Of a DNA stretch of 64,000 nt, positions 34,508-47,854 are shown piece after piece. Where the stretch lies: NCBI GenBank assembly GCA_050700055.1, contig JBOHGE010000020.1:11770-75769 (forward strand), given 5' to 3'. A program made the translations under genes and the position numbers. The notes beneath the pieces were generated by a model. That model was given only the letters and a program-made list of their open reading frames with translations, was not told the origin of the DNA and made no database searches. This DNA comes from Pseudonocardiaceae bacterium. Its GTDB lineage: Bacteria > Actinomycetota > Actinomycetes > Mycobacteriales > Pseudonocardiaceae. How positions within the stretch are numbered: position 1 is the first letter of the stretch; the number at the start of each line of letters is the position of its first letter.

Positions 34508-34993
34508 ATGACCGCCGCCAAGGGTCTGGAGACCTACCTCAACGATCATCTGGCTGGTTCCGTCGTGGGTAGCGAACTCGCGAACAAGCTCAGCGCCGAG
34601 TACGCGGATACCCCTTACGGTCCCTTCCTGACAGAGCTGGCGCACGAGATCGAACAGGATAAAGCGACGTTGGAAGGGCTGATGGAGCGGCTCGGAATTC
34701 ACCGCAGCCCGATCAAGCAGGCCGCCGGCTGGATCACCGAGAAGGCCACCAGGCTGAAGTTGAGCGAGATGATGACCGGTGATCAGGATCTGAAGCGCCT
34801 GCTGGAGTTCGAGACGCTGTCCCTGGGTATCGAAGGTAAGCTTTCGATGTGGCGCACATTGATCGAGGTGAGTGGTTCGCGCACCGAGCTTGCGGCGATC
34901 GATCTGCCCAGGCTCGCCAAGCGCGCCGAAGTCCAACGGGCCACCCTCGAGGATCACCGCCTTCGGGTCGCCCGGGCAGCTTTGATTCTCTGA
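34508..34993 (+). CDS. hypothetical helical protein
   Basis: 161-aa ORF with balanced composition. No motif recognised. Confidence 0.45.
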   Translation: MTAAKGLETYLNDHLAGSVVGSELANKLSAEYADTPYGPFLTELAHEIEQDKATLEGLMERLGIHRSPIKQAAGWITEKATRLKLSEMMTGDQDLKRLLEFETLSLGIEGKLSMWRTLIEVSGSRTELAAIDLPRLAKRAEVQRATLEDHRLRVARAALIL

Positions 34994-34995
34994 CT

Positions 34996-36534
34996 TCAGC
35001 CAAACCAGCGTCGCCTCTTACTGCCCCTGAGACGACGCCAGGCCGGCGGCAGCTTTTCTTCCACAGTGTTGATCCGGGCACCCTGTTGGCCGTGCAGCAA
35101 ACCGAAGGTGTAACCGTTCTCGCCATCCAGGTGAGCTTGCATGCCAATCTTACGCAATACTGGGCGGGTCACCACAGCGTCGTGATGCTCACCCAGTAGC
35201 CGTTGGAGTGTCTTGACGCGTTTGCGGAAACGGTTGGCCGGTTTGCCGAATACCGGACGTGCCGCTTCAGTGGCGTAACGAAGACGCTTGGCTGCCTTGC
35301 GCACCTCGTGTAGAGCGGTGTCTCGACTCGCTCCTGGCCGTTGCTGATCGGCGTGTTGCATACGGCGGGCGACCTTGCCGTCGACACGACGGATCAGGCG
35401 CGGCAGCTCGCGCCGGGCTGAGCGACGGCCACGAGATGTCAGGGAGGGGGTGGTAAGGACCGCTTCTATATCGTTGAGCAGGGCGAAGTAGCGTCGGCTA
35501 GCCAAGGCAGCCCGTACCTCGTCGGCTGCGGCAGCTTCCGGCCGGGCAAAGTAGCGGGTGAATCGCTGCTGGACCGGTCCTACCACCTCCTCGGTCGGCA
35601 GCGCCGCCGTGGCCTGCGCAAACCGTTCCTGTAACACCTCTAAGTCCCGGGCGGGTCCGAGTACCCCGGCAAGCCATTTGAGTTCTGCGGCAAGCCTGCG
35701 GGCCTGATCTCGCTCGATGACCTTGCTGAACACCTGCACTGCACTGCGCATCCGCCGGGTTGCCACTCGCATCTGGTGCACGGCGTCGGGAACCTGCTGG
35801 CGCACTAACGGGTCGTATCGGATGATCTCATCAGCTTGGCGGCCTAAGTAAGCCAGCACAACGCAGCCGGCCGAAGACCTGGCATCCACCGCGGGGGGCA
35901 CGGTCCGGACCGGTAACCGGTCTCCCAACAGCCGGGCGAGCTTGGAGGCGGAATTCGACCGGCGTATCCCGGCCGCACCCAGCCGCCGCTCGAGGCGATC
36001 AAGCAGCTTGGGCTTACCGTGGCCGATGAGTTCCACCTCGATCTCCCGCCACGACTCAGCGGTGGTCTGCGAGCCCAAGGTATGCGCGGTAACGTGATCG
36101 TCAACCACCTCGACCACCGGCTCGCCAGTGCCGTCGGCCAACCGCCAGCTGCACCGTCTGGTCGTTATCAAGGCGACCGGTCGAAGTTTGGCTCCCCGGG
36201 ACCGAGCCCGAACCAGCTCCTCGAGCTCGGTCGGCACGCCCCGGGCGGTCGCACCGTCATCCAGCGGCACCCGCAGCTCGTCGCGGTTGTCGTCCCCGCG
36301 CGGTAGTTTCAGGTGCCAACCGGCATCATCGCCACCGCTGCGCCGGCGCAAGGTGATCCCGCCTCGCGCCAGCCGCAGATCACGGGTGTCGTAGTAGGTC
36401 GCCTCAAGAACTTGCTGCTGCGGTCCGATCTGGTCGCCCAGGCCCGGCATCCCTCGCAAGACCGGCAGCAGGTCACCCGCGCCTGCCTCGAACTTGCGCT
36501 CGGTCTCACAACCAGATCTCAGCATGCCCGACAC
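34996..36534 (-). CDS. CYTH plus CHAD domain protein
   Basis: The N-terminal ETERKFE motif marks CYTH. The C-terminal His/Arg-rich helical repeats (VHQMRVATRRMRSAVQVF, VRKAAKRLRYATE) mark CHAD. Confidence 0.85.
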   Translation of the reverse strand: MSGMLRSGCETERKFEAGAGDLLPVLRGMPGLGDQIGPQQQVLEATYYDTRDLRLARGGITLRRRSGGDDAGWHLKLPRGDDNRDELRVPLDDGATARGVPTELEELVRARSRGAKLRPVALITTRRCSWRLADGTGEPVVEVVDDHVTAHTLGSQTTAESWREIEVELIGHGKPKLLDRLERRLGAAGIRRSNSASKLARLLGDRLPVRTVPPAVDARSSAGCVVLAYLGRQADEIIRYDPLVRQQVPDAVHQMRVATRRMRSAVQVFSKVIERDQARRLAAELKWLAGVLGPARDLEVLQERFAQATAALPTEEVVGPVQQRFTRYFARPEAAAADEVRAALASRRYFALLNDIEAVLTTPSLTSRGRRSARRELPRLIRRVDGKVARRMQHADQQRPGASRDTALHEVRKAAKRLRYATEAARPVFGKPANRFRKRVKTLQRLLGEHHDAVVTRPVLRKIGMQAHLDGENGYTFGLLHGQQGARINTVEEKLPPAWRRLRGSKRRRWFG

Positions 36535-36554
36535 ATACCCCCACCAGTCATCCT

Positions 36555-36650
36555 CTAACCGCCCCAGCCCCGCATTCAGCGGGCTCAGCGGGGTAATTCG
36601 GCACCCGATAACCCCGCTGAGCCCGCTGAATGCGGGGCTGGGGCGGTTAG
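36555..36650. repeat. 40-bp perfect inverted repeat with a 16-nt loop
   Basis: ctaaccgccccagccccgcattcagcgggctcagcggggt (36555-36594) is the exact reverse complement of 36611-36650. It lies between the sigma gene stop (which it overlaps) and the CYTH-CHAD start. Confidence 0.95.
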
Positions 36651-37438
36651 TCCACCGGGGACATGCGGGTGCGGAGATGGGTCAGGGTTTGCCGCAGGAC
36701 GCGCGATACGTGCATCTGCGAGATACCGACCTGCTCTGCGATCTCGGTCTGGGTCATCTGACGGAAGAACCGCAGGGTAAGGATCGTTCGCTCGCGGGGC
36801 GCCAACTCGGCCAGTAACGGGCGTAGTGTCTCACGGTCGTCGATGAGCGCCAGGTCGCTGTCCAAGCCACCCACGATGTCACCGAGCGTCGTGCTGCTCT
36901 CACCGGAACCGAGCATCTCATCCAGCGATGAGCTCCGGTAGGCATCACCGGCCCGTAACCCTTCGACCACCTCCGCAACCGGCAGATTCAGCCGGGCCGC
37001 GATCTCGCTGGGCCGGGGCGCCCTGCCGAGCTGCTGGGACAGCTCGGCAAGCGTGCCCCGGATAGCGATGTGCAGATCTTTCAGCCGGCGCGGCACCCGC
37101 GTCGACCAGCCGTGATCACGAAAGTAGCGGCGTACTTCCCCGGTGATCGTGGGCACGGCAAAAGAGAAGAAGTCGCAACCGCGGTCCGGCTCGAAGCGAT
37201 CCACGGCGTTGATCAATCCCATGGTGGCGACCTGGATGAGGTCATCCAGCGGCTCGCCCCGGCCGGCGAAGCGACGGGCGATGTGCTGCGCTATCGGCCG
37301 GTAACCATTGATCAGTTGCTCGCGCAGCTGCCGACGCTCAGGATCATCGGCCGCCAGCTGGGCGTAGCGCAGCTGCAGGGCAACCAGATGCGCGTATTCA
37401 CCGTCGCGGGTGGCAGCTGCCGGTCCGGATGACGTCAC
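36647..37438 (-). CDS. SigB/SigF/SigG-family RNA polymerase sigma factor
   Basis: DDLIQVATMGLINAVDRFEP, GEVRRYFRDHGW and MTQTEIAEQVGISQMHVSRVL are present. The GTG start overlaps the anti-sigma stop (GTGA). Confidence 0.85.
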   Translation of the reverse strand: MTSSGPAAATRDGEYAHLVALQLRYAQLAADDPERRQLREQLINGYRPIAQHIARRFAGRGEPLDDLIQVATMGLINAVDRFEPDRGCDFFSFAVPTITGEVRRYFRDHGWSTRVPRRLKDLHIAIRGTLAELSQQLGRAPRPSEIAARLNLPVAEVVEGLRAGDAYRSSSLDEMLGSGESSTTLGDIVGGLDSDLALIDDRETLRPLLAELAPRERTILTLRFFRQMTQTEIAEQVGISQMHVSRVLRQTLTHLRTRMSPVD

Positions 37439-37833
37439 GGCCGTGGGGCGATCCCCGCGCCTTTGGCCAGGGTGATGCACACCCTGCGATCCTCGCCTTG
37501 GGCATCGGGCAGGTATCGGGCGCTGACCTCGTCTGCCAACGCCTCCAGCACATGCCAACGGAAAGAGGTCGTGGACAGCGGACCAGCCGAGTCGGCCACC
37601 TCAACCTCCGCGGCCAGCTCGATCCGGTCCGTATCGACGGTGAACCGGCAACTCAGCGTGGCGTTCACCGCGGCAACCTGAACCAGCATGGCGCAGGCGT
37701 CATCCGCTGCCATCCGCAAGTCGTCGATGGAGTCGAGGTCGAAATCCGCCCGGGCGGCGAGATCGGCGGCAACCGTGCGGATCGTGGGGATGGCAAGGGC
37801 TTGGGCTGCGGTATGCAGCTCGATCGATATCAT
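37435..37833 (-). CDS. anti-sigma factor (RsbW/SpoIIAB-like HATPase_c)
   Basis: Size, position upstream of and coupled to the sigma gene, and the pattern IPTIRTVAADLAARADFDLDSIDDLRMAADDACAML. Confidence 0.7.
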   Translation of the reverse strand: MISIELHTAAQALAIPTIRTVAADLAARADFDLDSIDDLRMAADDACAMLVQVAAVNATLSCRFTVDTDRIELAAEVEVADSAGPLSTTSFRWHVLEALADEVSARYLPDAQGEDRRVCITLAKGAGIAPRP

Positions 37834-38024
37834 GGAACTTCCCCGCTACCGAGATCGACGACATTGGGCGGTCAGGAGAGGCCGGGCGACCTTCCACTTC
37901 CCATGGCTTCGAGCTCGGGTGGACCTGAAAGGGCGGGTGCGCCGGCCAGAAGTCACGGCGCACCCGCCCTGGGAGGTGGCCTGACCTTGCATTTTCCCTC
38001 CACATGAGGCCGGTAAACCACTTG

Positions 38025-38384
38025 TTAGAGTGAACCCTCGAGGGCGTTCGGCACGGTATCGGCAAAGATGAAGTGCTCTTTGAGCTCGGTAGCCTCCAAC
38101 GCCCGGTTGGCGATCCGGGAGTTGCACACCAGCCGCAAGGTACAGCCTTGCTGGCCGGCCCGCTCATTCGCCTCGAACAGCACGGACAGCCCGGCAGAGC
38201 CCAGAAACTGCACCCCGTCGAGATCCACCACCACCACCCGGGCAGCAGCCAGCTGCGCGGTCAGGAAAACGTCCAATTCCGGTGCGGTCAGCGCATCGAC
38301 CTCGCCCACAACAGTGACGACACGCGCGTCCGGACCGTGCTGGGCCATCTTCAGGCCCATGATGTCGGCGAAGTCACTGCTCAC
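38025..38384 (-). CDS. STAS-domain anti-anti-sigma factor
   Basis: VVTVVGEVDALTAPELDVFL...VVVDLDGVQFLGSAGLSVL matches the SpoIIAA/RsbV pattern, including the phosphorylatable Ser context (LGSAG). Confidence 0.85.
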   Translation of the reverse strand: MSSDFADIMGLKMAQHGPDARVVTVVGEVDALTAPELDVFLTAQLAAARVVVVDLDGVQFLGSAGLSVLFEANERAGQQGCTLRLVCNSRIANRALEATELKEHFIFADTVPNALEGSL

Positions 38385-38444
38385 ACCCGCACGATATCGG
38401 GCACGTCTCGGCAGGCGCCATGCGGGCCGAGCCGGCGACGCCCT

Positions 38445-39986
38445 TCACCTGCCCGGTGACACGGGCACCGCCTGGATGGCCAGCACCGCTAGATCGTCGC
38501 CATCATTGTGGCCCAGCCAGGCGGTGACAGTGTCGCGGATCCGGTCGGCCACCGCCTGCGCGGTCATTCCGGCGCAGCCACGCAGGCAGTCCCCCAGCCG
38601 CGACGACCCGAACTGCTCCTCGTGGTCTCCCGTGCGGCGGATGGCCTCGGTGACGCCGTCGCTGTACAGCAGGCAGGTGTCCCCCGGCTGCAAGGTGATC
38701 GAGGTGCGACCGAAGCGGGCATCGGGGAGAATACCCACTACCGTGCCGGGGACCTTGATCTCCTCGACCTGGCCGCCGGCTCGCAACACCATCGGATCCG
38801 GATGGCCGCCACCGGCAAGCGTCAGCATCAGCCCCAGCCGGGCGGGCCGCAGGGTGCCGAGCACCAGGGTGGTGAAGACCGTCCGTCCCCCGGCCAGCAG
38901 CGCCCGGTTGAGCAGGTCCAGCAATCGGGCCGGTGCCTGCTCGACGACCATCAACGCGGCCAGTGAATGTTGCACCCGGCCGCTCTCGGCCAGCGCCTCA
39001 GCACCTTTGCCGCACACATCACCGAGAGCGAACAGAGTGTTCCCGTCCGGGGCTGAGCGGACCAGGTAGAAGTCGCCGCCCACGGCCAGCTCCCCCGCGG
39101 CGGGTCGGTGCGCCACGCCCCACTGCACCCCGGGCAGTTCCGGCAGCGCGTCCAGTCGCGGCGGTATCAGTGGAGCCTGCAGCTGGCTCAGCGCAGTGGC
39201 CCGGTCTTGCCGCCGCCGCCCGGCCTCCAGCGCCGGTCCGGCCAGCGCAGCCAATGATGCGAGCAGATCGGCCGCGACCGGCCGGACCACCACCAGCAGC
39301 CCCTCGGTGCGTTGCGGCCCCCGCAGCGGCGCCGCCACAACCGGTTGCCGCTCGATGACGTCGGATCCCAGCGCCGGAGCCAATGCGGCCAGCTCGCCGG
39401 GCGGCACGGTGGCCGTAGTGCCCGTTGCCCCACGCAGGGCGCCGGCCAGCACCGGGGCCGCGCGAGCAGCGGGTGCCCGGGCGATACCGCTGGCCGGTCG
39501 CGCCTCACCGTTACTGCATCGCCACCACGACACCCGAGCCCGCGGCACCGGCAGCAGCACCGCGGCCCGCTCACCCAGCACCGGGACGGCCATCCGGGCC
39601 AGCGCCGCGGCCGCCTTGTCCTGGCCCACCGCAGCTGCCAGCTCGCGGCCGGCGGCCAGCATGAAGTCGTGCTGGTCCACGGTCCGGTCGGCCGCGACTT
39701 CATGCTGGTCACCGATTTCGCCGACCACCCACGCGTGCCAACCGTCGCGGAGCTGTTGCTGCCGTCCACTGATCCGGCGTCCGTCGCGCTCGGCGACGAA
39801 GAACTCACCGCTGCCCAGGAACTCGTCCCCGGGCTCCAGGTCGGGGAATACTTGCCGGGCGGCCACGTTGAGCAGCCGGATCCGTCCGGACGCATCCTGC
39901 ACGATCACCGCTTGGCACAGGCCGTCGAGCAGCCGGGGCAGCCCGGGTACCAGCAGATCGGCAACGGGGTCCACGTCGGATGCCAC
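38445..39986 (-). CDS. PAS/GAF-containing PP2C (SpoIIE/RsbU-type) phosphatase
   Basis: VGGDFYLV...LGDVCGKGAEAL...TLAGGGHP...LLYSDGVTE are PP2C motifs in the C-terminal half. Confidence 0.85.
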   Translation of the reverse strand: MASDVDPVADLLVPGLPRLLDGLCQAVIVQDASGRIRLLNVAARQVFPDLEPGDEFLGSGEFFVAERDGRRISGRQQQLRDGWHAWVVGEIGDQHEVAADRTVDQHDFMLAAGRELAAAVGQDKAAAALARMAVPVLGERAAVLLPVPRARVSWWRCSNGEARPASGIARAPAARAAPVLAGALRGATGTTATVPPGELAALAPALGSDVIERQPVVAAPLRGPQRTEGLLVVVRPVAADLLASLAALAGPALEAGRRRQDRATALSQLQAPLIPPRLDALPELPGVQWGVAHRPAAGELAVGGDFYLVRSAPDGNTLFALGDVCGKGAEALAESGRVQHSLAALMVVEQAPARLLDLLNRALLAGGRTVFTTLVLGTLRPARLGLMLTLAGGGHPDPMVLRAGGQVEEIKVPGTVVGILPDARFGRTSITLQPGDTCLLYSDGVTEAIRRTGDHEEQFGSSRLGDCLRGCAGMTAQAVADRIRDTVTAWLGHNDGDDLAVLAIQAVPVSPGR

Positions 39987-40147
39987 GGCATCTCCTCACC
40001 CGGATCTCCGGTTTCCGAACGCGCTCGCGACGAGGGTATCGCCGGGCTGGTGTGCTCGGAGTCGAATCCGGCGGCCAATCGTGGCACTCTGCGGGTTTTA
40101 CAGGCTCTGCAAGTCTCAGCGAACCGTGACGTCGTGGGAGGCTCATC

Positions 40148-44023
<3,876 letters not shown>

Positions 44024-44218
44024 CCGACCGGTGTCTCGCAGGCTCAGCGCTCGATCTCGTCTGGGCGATTGCGGTGGCAGCCCTGCGAGGGGATCTGGAC
44101 ACACGCCGTACCCTAGGCGTGTGATCACGCACGGCGACCCCGCGGCGGCGCTCAGCGACGTCCGCCACGTCCACGGGCGAATTGTCCGATTGAACCGCCT
44201 GCACAGGGAGGAAATCTA

Positions 44219-44428
44219 ATGGTAGACGCGGTTATGAAAGTACTGACCGTCGTTGTGGTTGTGCTTTTGATCCTCGTTCTCATACCCTTGCTCGGACCGT
44301 TCGTCACGAACCAGATGCCGGAATTCGCCGAGTCGGTCAGCAGGATCCTCAACGCAACCTGGGATGGCATCCAGCGGCTCCTGCACAGTGCCGGCTTCTC
44401 TTACGGAAGTGGCTATTCGGGACACTGA
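44219..44428 (+). CDS. small membrane protein
   Basis: One strong TM segment (VLTVVVVVLLILVLIPLLGPF). gggagga lies upstream of the ATG. The patch is AT-richer. Confidence 0.45.
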   Translation: MVDAVMKVLTVVVVVLLILVLIPLLGPFVTNQMPEFAESVSRILNATWDGIQRLLHSAGFSYGSGYSGH

Positions 44429-44445
44429 TACCGGGGCACCGGGGG

Positions 44446-45594
44446 ATGACGATGACAGCCACCCACGGGATCCAGCGGGTGAGCGACACCCAAGGCCGGC
44501 CGGTCTGGCTCGTGTCGGGGCACGAGCGGGTCCGGGAGCTGCTCGCCGACTCACGCTTGTCCCGCTCACACCCCAACCCCGGTCACCTGATCCGCCTCAC
44601 CCAGCCGGGCCTGTTCGGCGGGGCGATCCCCGATCCGGCTCAGGAGCAGGCTGACCTGCACCGGATGCGCAGGCTGTTGACGCCTTCGCTGGCGCCGAAC
44701 CGCGTGGAAAGCCTGCGACCCAGCGTCGAGGCGATCGTCGACGGGTTGCTCGACGACCTCGGTCGCAGCGGTCCCCCGGCCGACTTCCACACCATCGTCG
44801 CCTTCCCGTTACCGGCACTGGTGGTCTGCGAGTTGCTCGGGGTGCCCGCCGAGGACCGCGAGGACTTCCGCCGGTGGCAGATCGAGGCGAAGCAGGTGAG
44901 CAAGCCCGCCGTGGCCCGGGCAGGCTTGCAGTCGCTGTGGCGCTACCTGGGTACCCTGATCGAACGCAAGCGCTGGATTACCGGCGACGACGTCATCTCC
45001 GACCTGCTGCACGCAGCCCGCCGAGACTCGATGCTGACGGATGACGGGATCGCTCATCTGGCCGCCGGGCTGGTGTTCGCCGGGCATGCTCCGGTCGTCG
45101 CCATCATCGATCGGGGCATGCTGCTGCTGCTGACGCATCCCGAGCAGCGAGCGGCGCTGCAGCGTGACCCGACCCTGGCGGCGCCGGCCCTTGAGGAGAT
45201 CTTTCGCTTTGCCAGCCCGATCGAGCAGCGACCACGGACCGCCCGCCGTGGCGCCTTGACCCGGTACGCCGCCGTTGCCGTCGAGGTCGACGGCGTCACG
45301 ATCGGCGCGGGGGACACCGTGATGTTCGCGGTGCAGGACGCCAACGAGGACGAGACCGTCTTCCCCGACCCGGCACGCTTCGACATCACCCGTCAGCGAA
45401 ACCCGCACCTGTCACTGAGTCACGGGGCACATTTCTGCCTTGGCGCCCACCTGGCCCGGTTGGAGCTGCGGTACCTCTTCGTGCGCCTGCTCGAACGTTT
45501 CCCCACCCTCCGGCTCGCCGTCGAGCTGGCCGAGATACCACCCGTCCGCGACGCCGTAGCCGGCGCCGTCAGCCAACTGCCCGTTACCTGGTAG
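44446..45594 (+). CDS. cytochrome P450
   Basis: ExxR (EEIFRF) and the heme loop HGAHFCLGAHLAR are present. The length is typical. Confidence 0.85.
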   Translation: MTMTATHGIQRVSDTQGRPVWLVSGHERVRELLADSRLSRSHPNPGHLIRLTQPGLFGGAIPDPAQEQADLHRMRRLLTPSLAPNRVESLRPSVEAIVDGLLDDLGRSGPPADFHTIVAFPLPALVVCELLGVPAEDREDFRRWQIEAKQVSKPAVARAGLQSLWRYLGTLIERKRWITGDDVISDLLHAARRDSMLTDDGIAHLAAGLVFAGHAPVVAIIDRGMLLLLTHPEQRAALQRDPTLAAPALEEIFRFASPIEQRPRTARRGALTRYAAVAVEVDGVTIGAGDTVMFAVQDANEDETVFPDPARFDITRQRNPHLSLSHGAHFCLGAHLARLELRYLFVRLLERFPTLRLAVELAEIPPVRDAVAGAVSQLPVTW

Positions 45595-45605
45595 CGCCCC
45601 TTGGG

Positions 45606-46082
45606 CTAGTCCTTGCCGAGGGTGCCGTCCGGACAGACCCGATCACCGGTCGTCGACCACCTCGAAAGGTCCTCCATCATAGTGATCGTGTGGCAGAAAG
45701 TATCGACCGAGACCTCTTTGTCACCTAGCCGCTCAAGCCACTGCACGGTTAGCGGATCCCGCAGTGAGATGCCCAACTCCTTGGCCCAGCTCGCCGCTGA
45801 CCGAGAGTCAGTCATACTGGCCATCATCTGGGCCCGCTCGCTCTCGGTACGAGCCGCCTTCACCGCGGCTTGGGCTGCCCGAACCTGAGCCGGTAAGCGG
45901 AATTCATCAACGATGCGGAGTTTATCCGAATCAGTCTCGAGCCACCGAGCGAGCGCGTCCCGAATGCCCTCTCGCGCCTGGGCCAGGCTAGCGCCCCGGC
46001 TGTGCACACGAGGCTCCTCGGCGAGCTCCACCACCCAGGCTTCGCCGTCTCGTTCGTATACCGCGGTGTAAGTCTCGCTCAC
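45606..46082 (-). CDS. HicB-like antitoxin with a C-terminal extension; no intact HicA partner seen
   Basis: VSETYTAVYERDGEAWVVELAEEPRVHSRGASLAQAREGIRDALARWLE is a HicB-like N-domain. Start taken at GTG 46082. The upstream 320 nt of the long ORF is Arg/Gly-rich and was rejected. Confidence 0.6.
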   Translation of the reverse strand: MSETYTAVYERDGEAWVVELAEEPRVHSRGASLAQAREGIRDALARWLETDSDKLRIVDEFRLPAQVRAAQAAVKAARTESERAQMMASMTDSRSAASWAKELGISLRDPLTVQWLERLGDKEVSVDTFCHTITMMEDLSRWSTTGDRVCPDGTLGKD

Positions 46083-46421
46083 TCCAACCAACCCTCCCGC
46101 TATCCGGACCACGCCAGATGACCAGCACCGCGTCCGAGTGTAGGTGTTACCACGGATGCGACGTAGCCCCGTGCCGTACAGACCGGGGCGCACGCTCGTC
46201 CGGCTGGTCAACCCGATCGGACCACCGATCGAACCTATCCCGACCCCCCTACGTATGTTCAGCAGGCGTGCTGCTGGGCCACGATTTATGCTGGTCTCGC
46301 GTTCGTCGGGATGATCACCGCGTCCGGCTGTCGCGGTCTGCGCGGAGTCCGCCATACCGCTTTTCCGTGTACGATGGGCAACTCCGGGCCAGCCGGTAGT
46401 CCCGAGTTCAGGAAGGGGCCT

Positions 46422-47048
46422 ATGACCGCCTACCGCCTTCCCGATCTGCCGTACGGTTACGACGCGCTCGAGCCGCACTTCGACTCGCGGACCATGGAGA
46501 TCCACCACGGCCAGCAGCACCGCTACTACGTCGATCGCTTGAACGCGGTACTGGCTTCTTCGGACGAGTTGCGCGCCATCGGCGAGCAGTCCATCGATGA
46601 CTTGCTGTGGAACATCGGCAAGCTCCCGGAAGGGCCTCGCAACGCAGTACGCAACTACGGGGGCGGACACGCGAACCACTCTCTGTTCTGGACGCTCCTG
46701 AGCGCGGACGGTGGCGGCGAGCCCTCCGGTCAACTCTGCGACGCTCTCGGGGAAGAGTTCGGCTCGTTCGCGGCGTTCAAGAAACGGTTCGCCGGGGTGG
46801 CCACGGCACACGTCGGCAGTGGCTGGGCGTGGATGGTCCGGACCCGCAACCGATTGGTGGTCTACAGCCTCCCCAATGAGGACTCGCCGCTCACCGCCGG
46901 AGAGACTCCCATCCTCGGGCTTGATCTATGGGAGCACGCTTACTACCTGAAGTACCTGAACGCAAGAACCGACTACGTGGACGCCTTCTGGAACGTGGTG
47001 AACTGGGAAGAAGTAAACCGGCGGTTCGAGGAGGCAGCACGGCCATAG
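46422..47048 (+). CDS. sodA: Fe/Mn superoxide dismutase
   Basis: LPDLPYGYDALEPHFDSRTMEIHHGQQH, NHSLFW and GLDLWEHAYYLKY. Confidence 0.95.
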   Translation: MTAYRLPDLPYGYDALEPHFDSRTMEIHHGQQHRYYVDRLNAVLASSDELRAIGEQSIDDLLWNIGKLPEGPRNAVRNYGGGHANHSLFWTLLSADGGGEPSGQLCDALGEEFGSFAAFKKRFAGVATAHVGSGWAWMVRTRNRLVVYSLPNEDSPLTAGETPILGLDLWEHAYYLKYLNARTDYVDAFWNVVNWEEVNRRFEEAARP

Positions 47049-47154
47049 TCCAGCTGGATTGCTGCCGATGCGCCGGCCTTCGCTTGGACAGGCCGGGCGA
47101 GGTACGGTTTCCCTACATATTCGCCGACGATGTGCCTCGAGAGGGTGCGTGAAC

Positions 47155-47478
47155 ATGAGCCAAGAGCAGGAGCCCGCAAAGCTGACCGAGGAGGGCACGG
47201 AGGCGCTTTCTGCGTTGCGCGGCATCTGGCAAGCCCAGGGGCAGAACAGCGCTGATCTCGAAGAGGCATGCGGCAACACGAAGGCGTGCAAGAGCATGGA
47301 GTCGGTCGGCTTCCAGGGCCTGACTGACGACGCCGACCACACGGCCAAGCCGAGCCCATCAGTCAGTAACAATCTTCGCTCCGCCTGGAAGACGAAACTC
47401 GAGCGCGAGGGCAAGCTGAGCACTGAAGCCGGCAGTGTGCGGGACCTCGTCTTCGGCACGACCGAGCCCAAAGAGTAG
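47155..47478 (+). CDS. hypothetical acidic protein
   Basis: ORF with plausible composition starting at MSQEQEPAKL. No motif recognised. Confidence 0.3.
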   Translation: MSQEQEPAKLTEEGTEALSALRGIWQAQGQNSADLEEACGNTKACKSMESVGFQGLTDDADHTAKPSPSVSNNLRSAWKTKLEREGKLSTEAGSVRDLVFGTTEPKE

Positions 47479-47854
47479 TGAGCTGCCGCTCGCCGAGCGG
47501 CGGTCGGATGTCATGGGAGGACACGGCGATGTTCGGACGCAAGATACCAAAGGCCACTGACGCGAAAACCGGTGCGCCCGCGACACCCACCGATTCGGGT
47601 CGCACCACCTCATACCGGATCGATCAAGACGCCGCACCCCCGGTGACCGGGGTACAGAAAACGACATCTTACGTAAACGCCATGCAGTTCGATGCCCGAG
47701 GGTACGAAACACTCAACTGACATCCCGGTGGGGGATCCCGGCATACCGGATCCCCCACCCACCGATCGTCGCCAGAATCTTCGGCGCGGTCTGACCCCCA
47801 GCTCGATAGACCTTGCCGCTCAGCGGCCGCCCCCGTTGTCAAGGAGACCGCTCA

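Noticed and set aside
45606-46811. 401-aa minus ORF treated as one gene
   Set aside because: Only the last 158 codons look like a protein (HicB-like). The upstream part is antisense to sodA and low-complexity.
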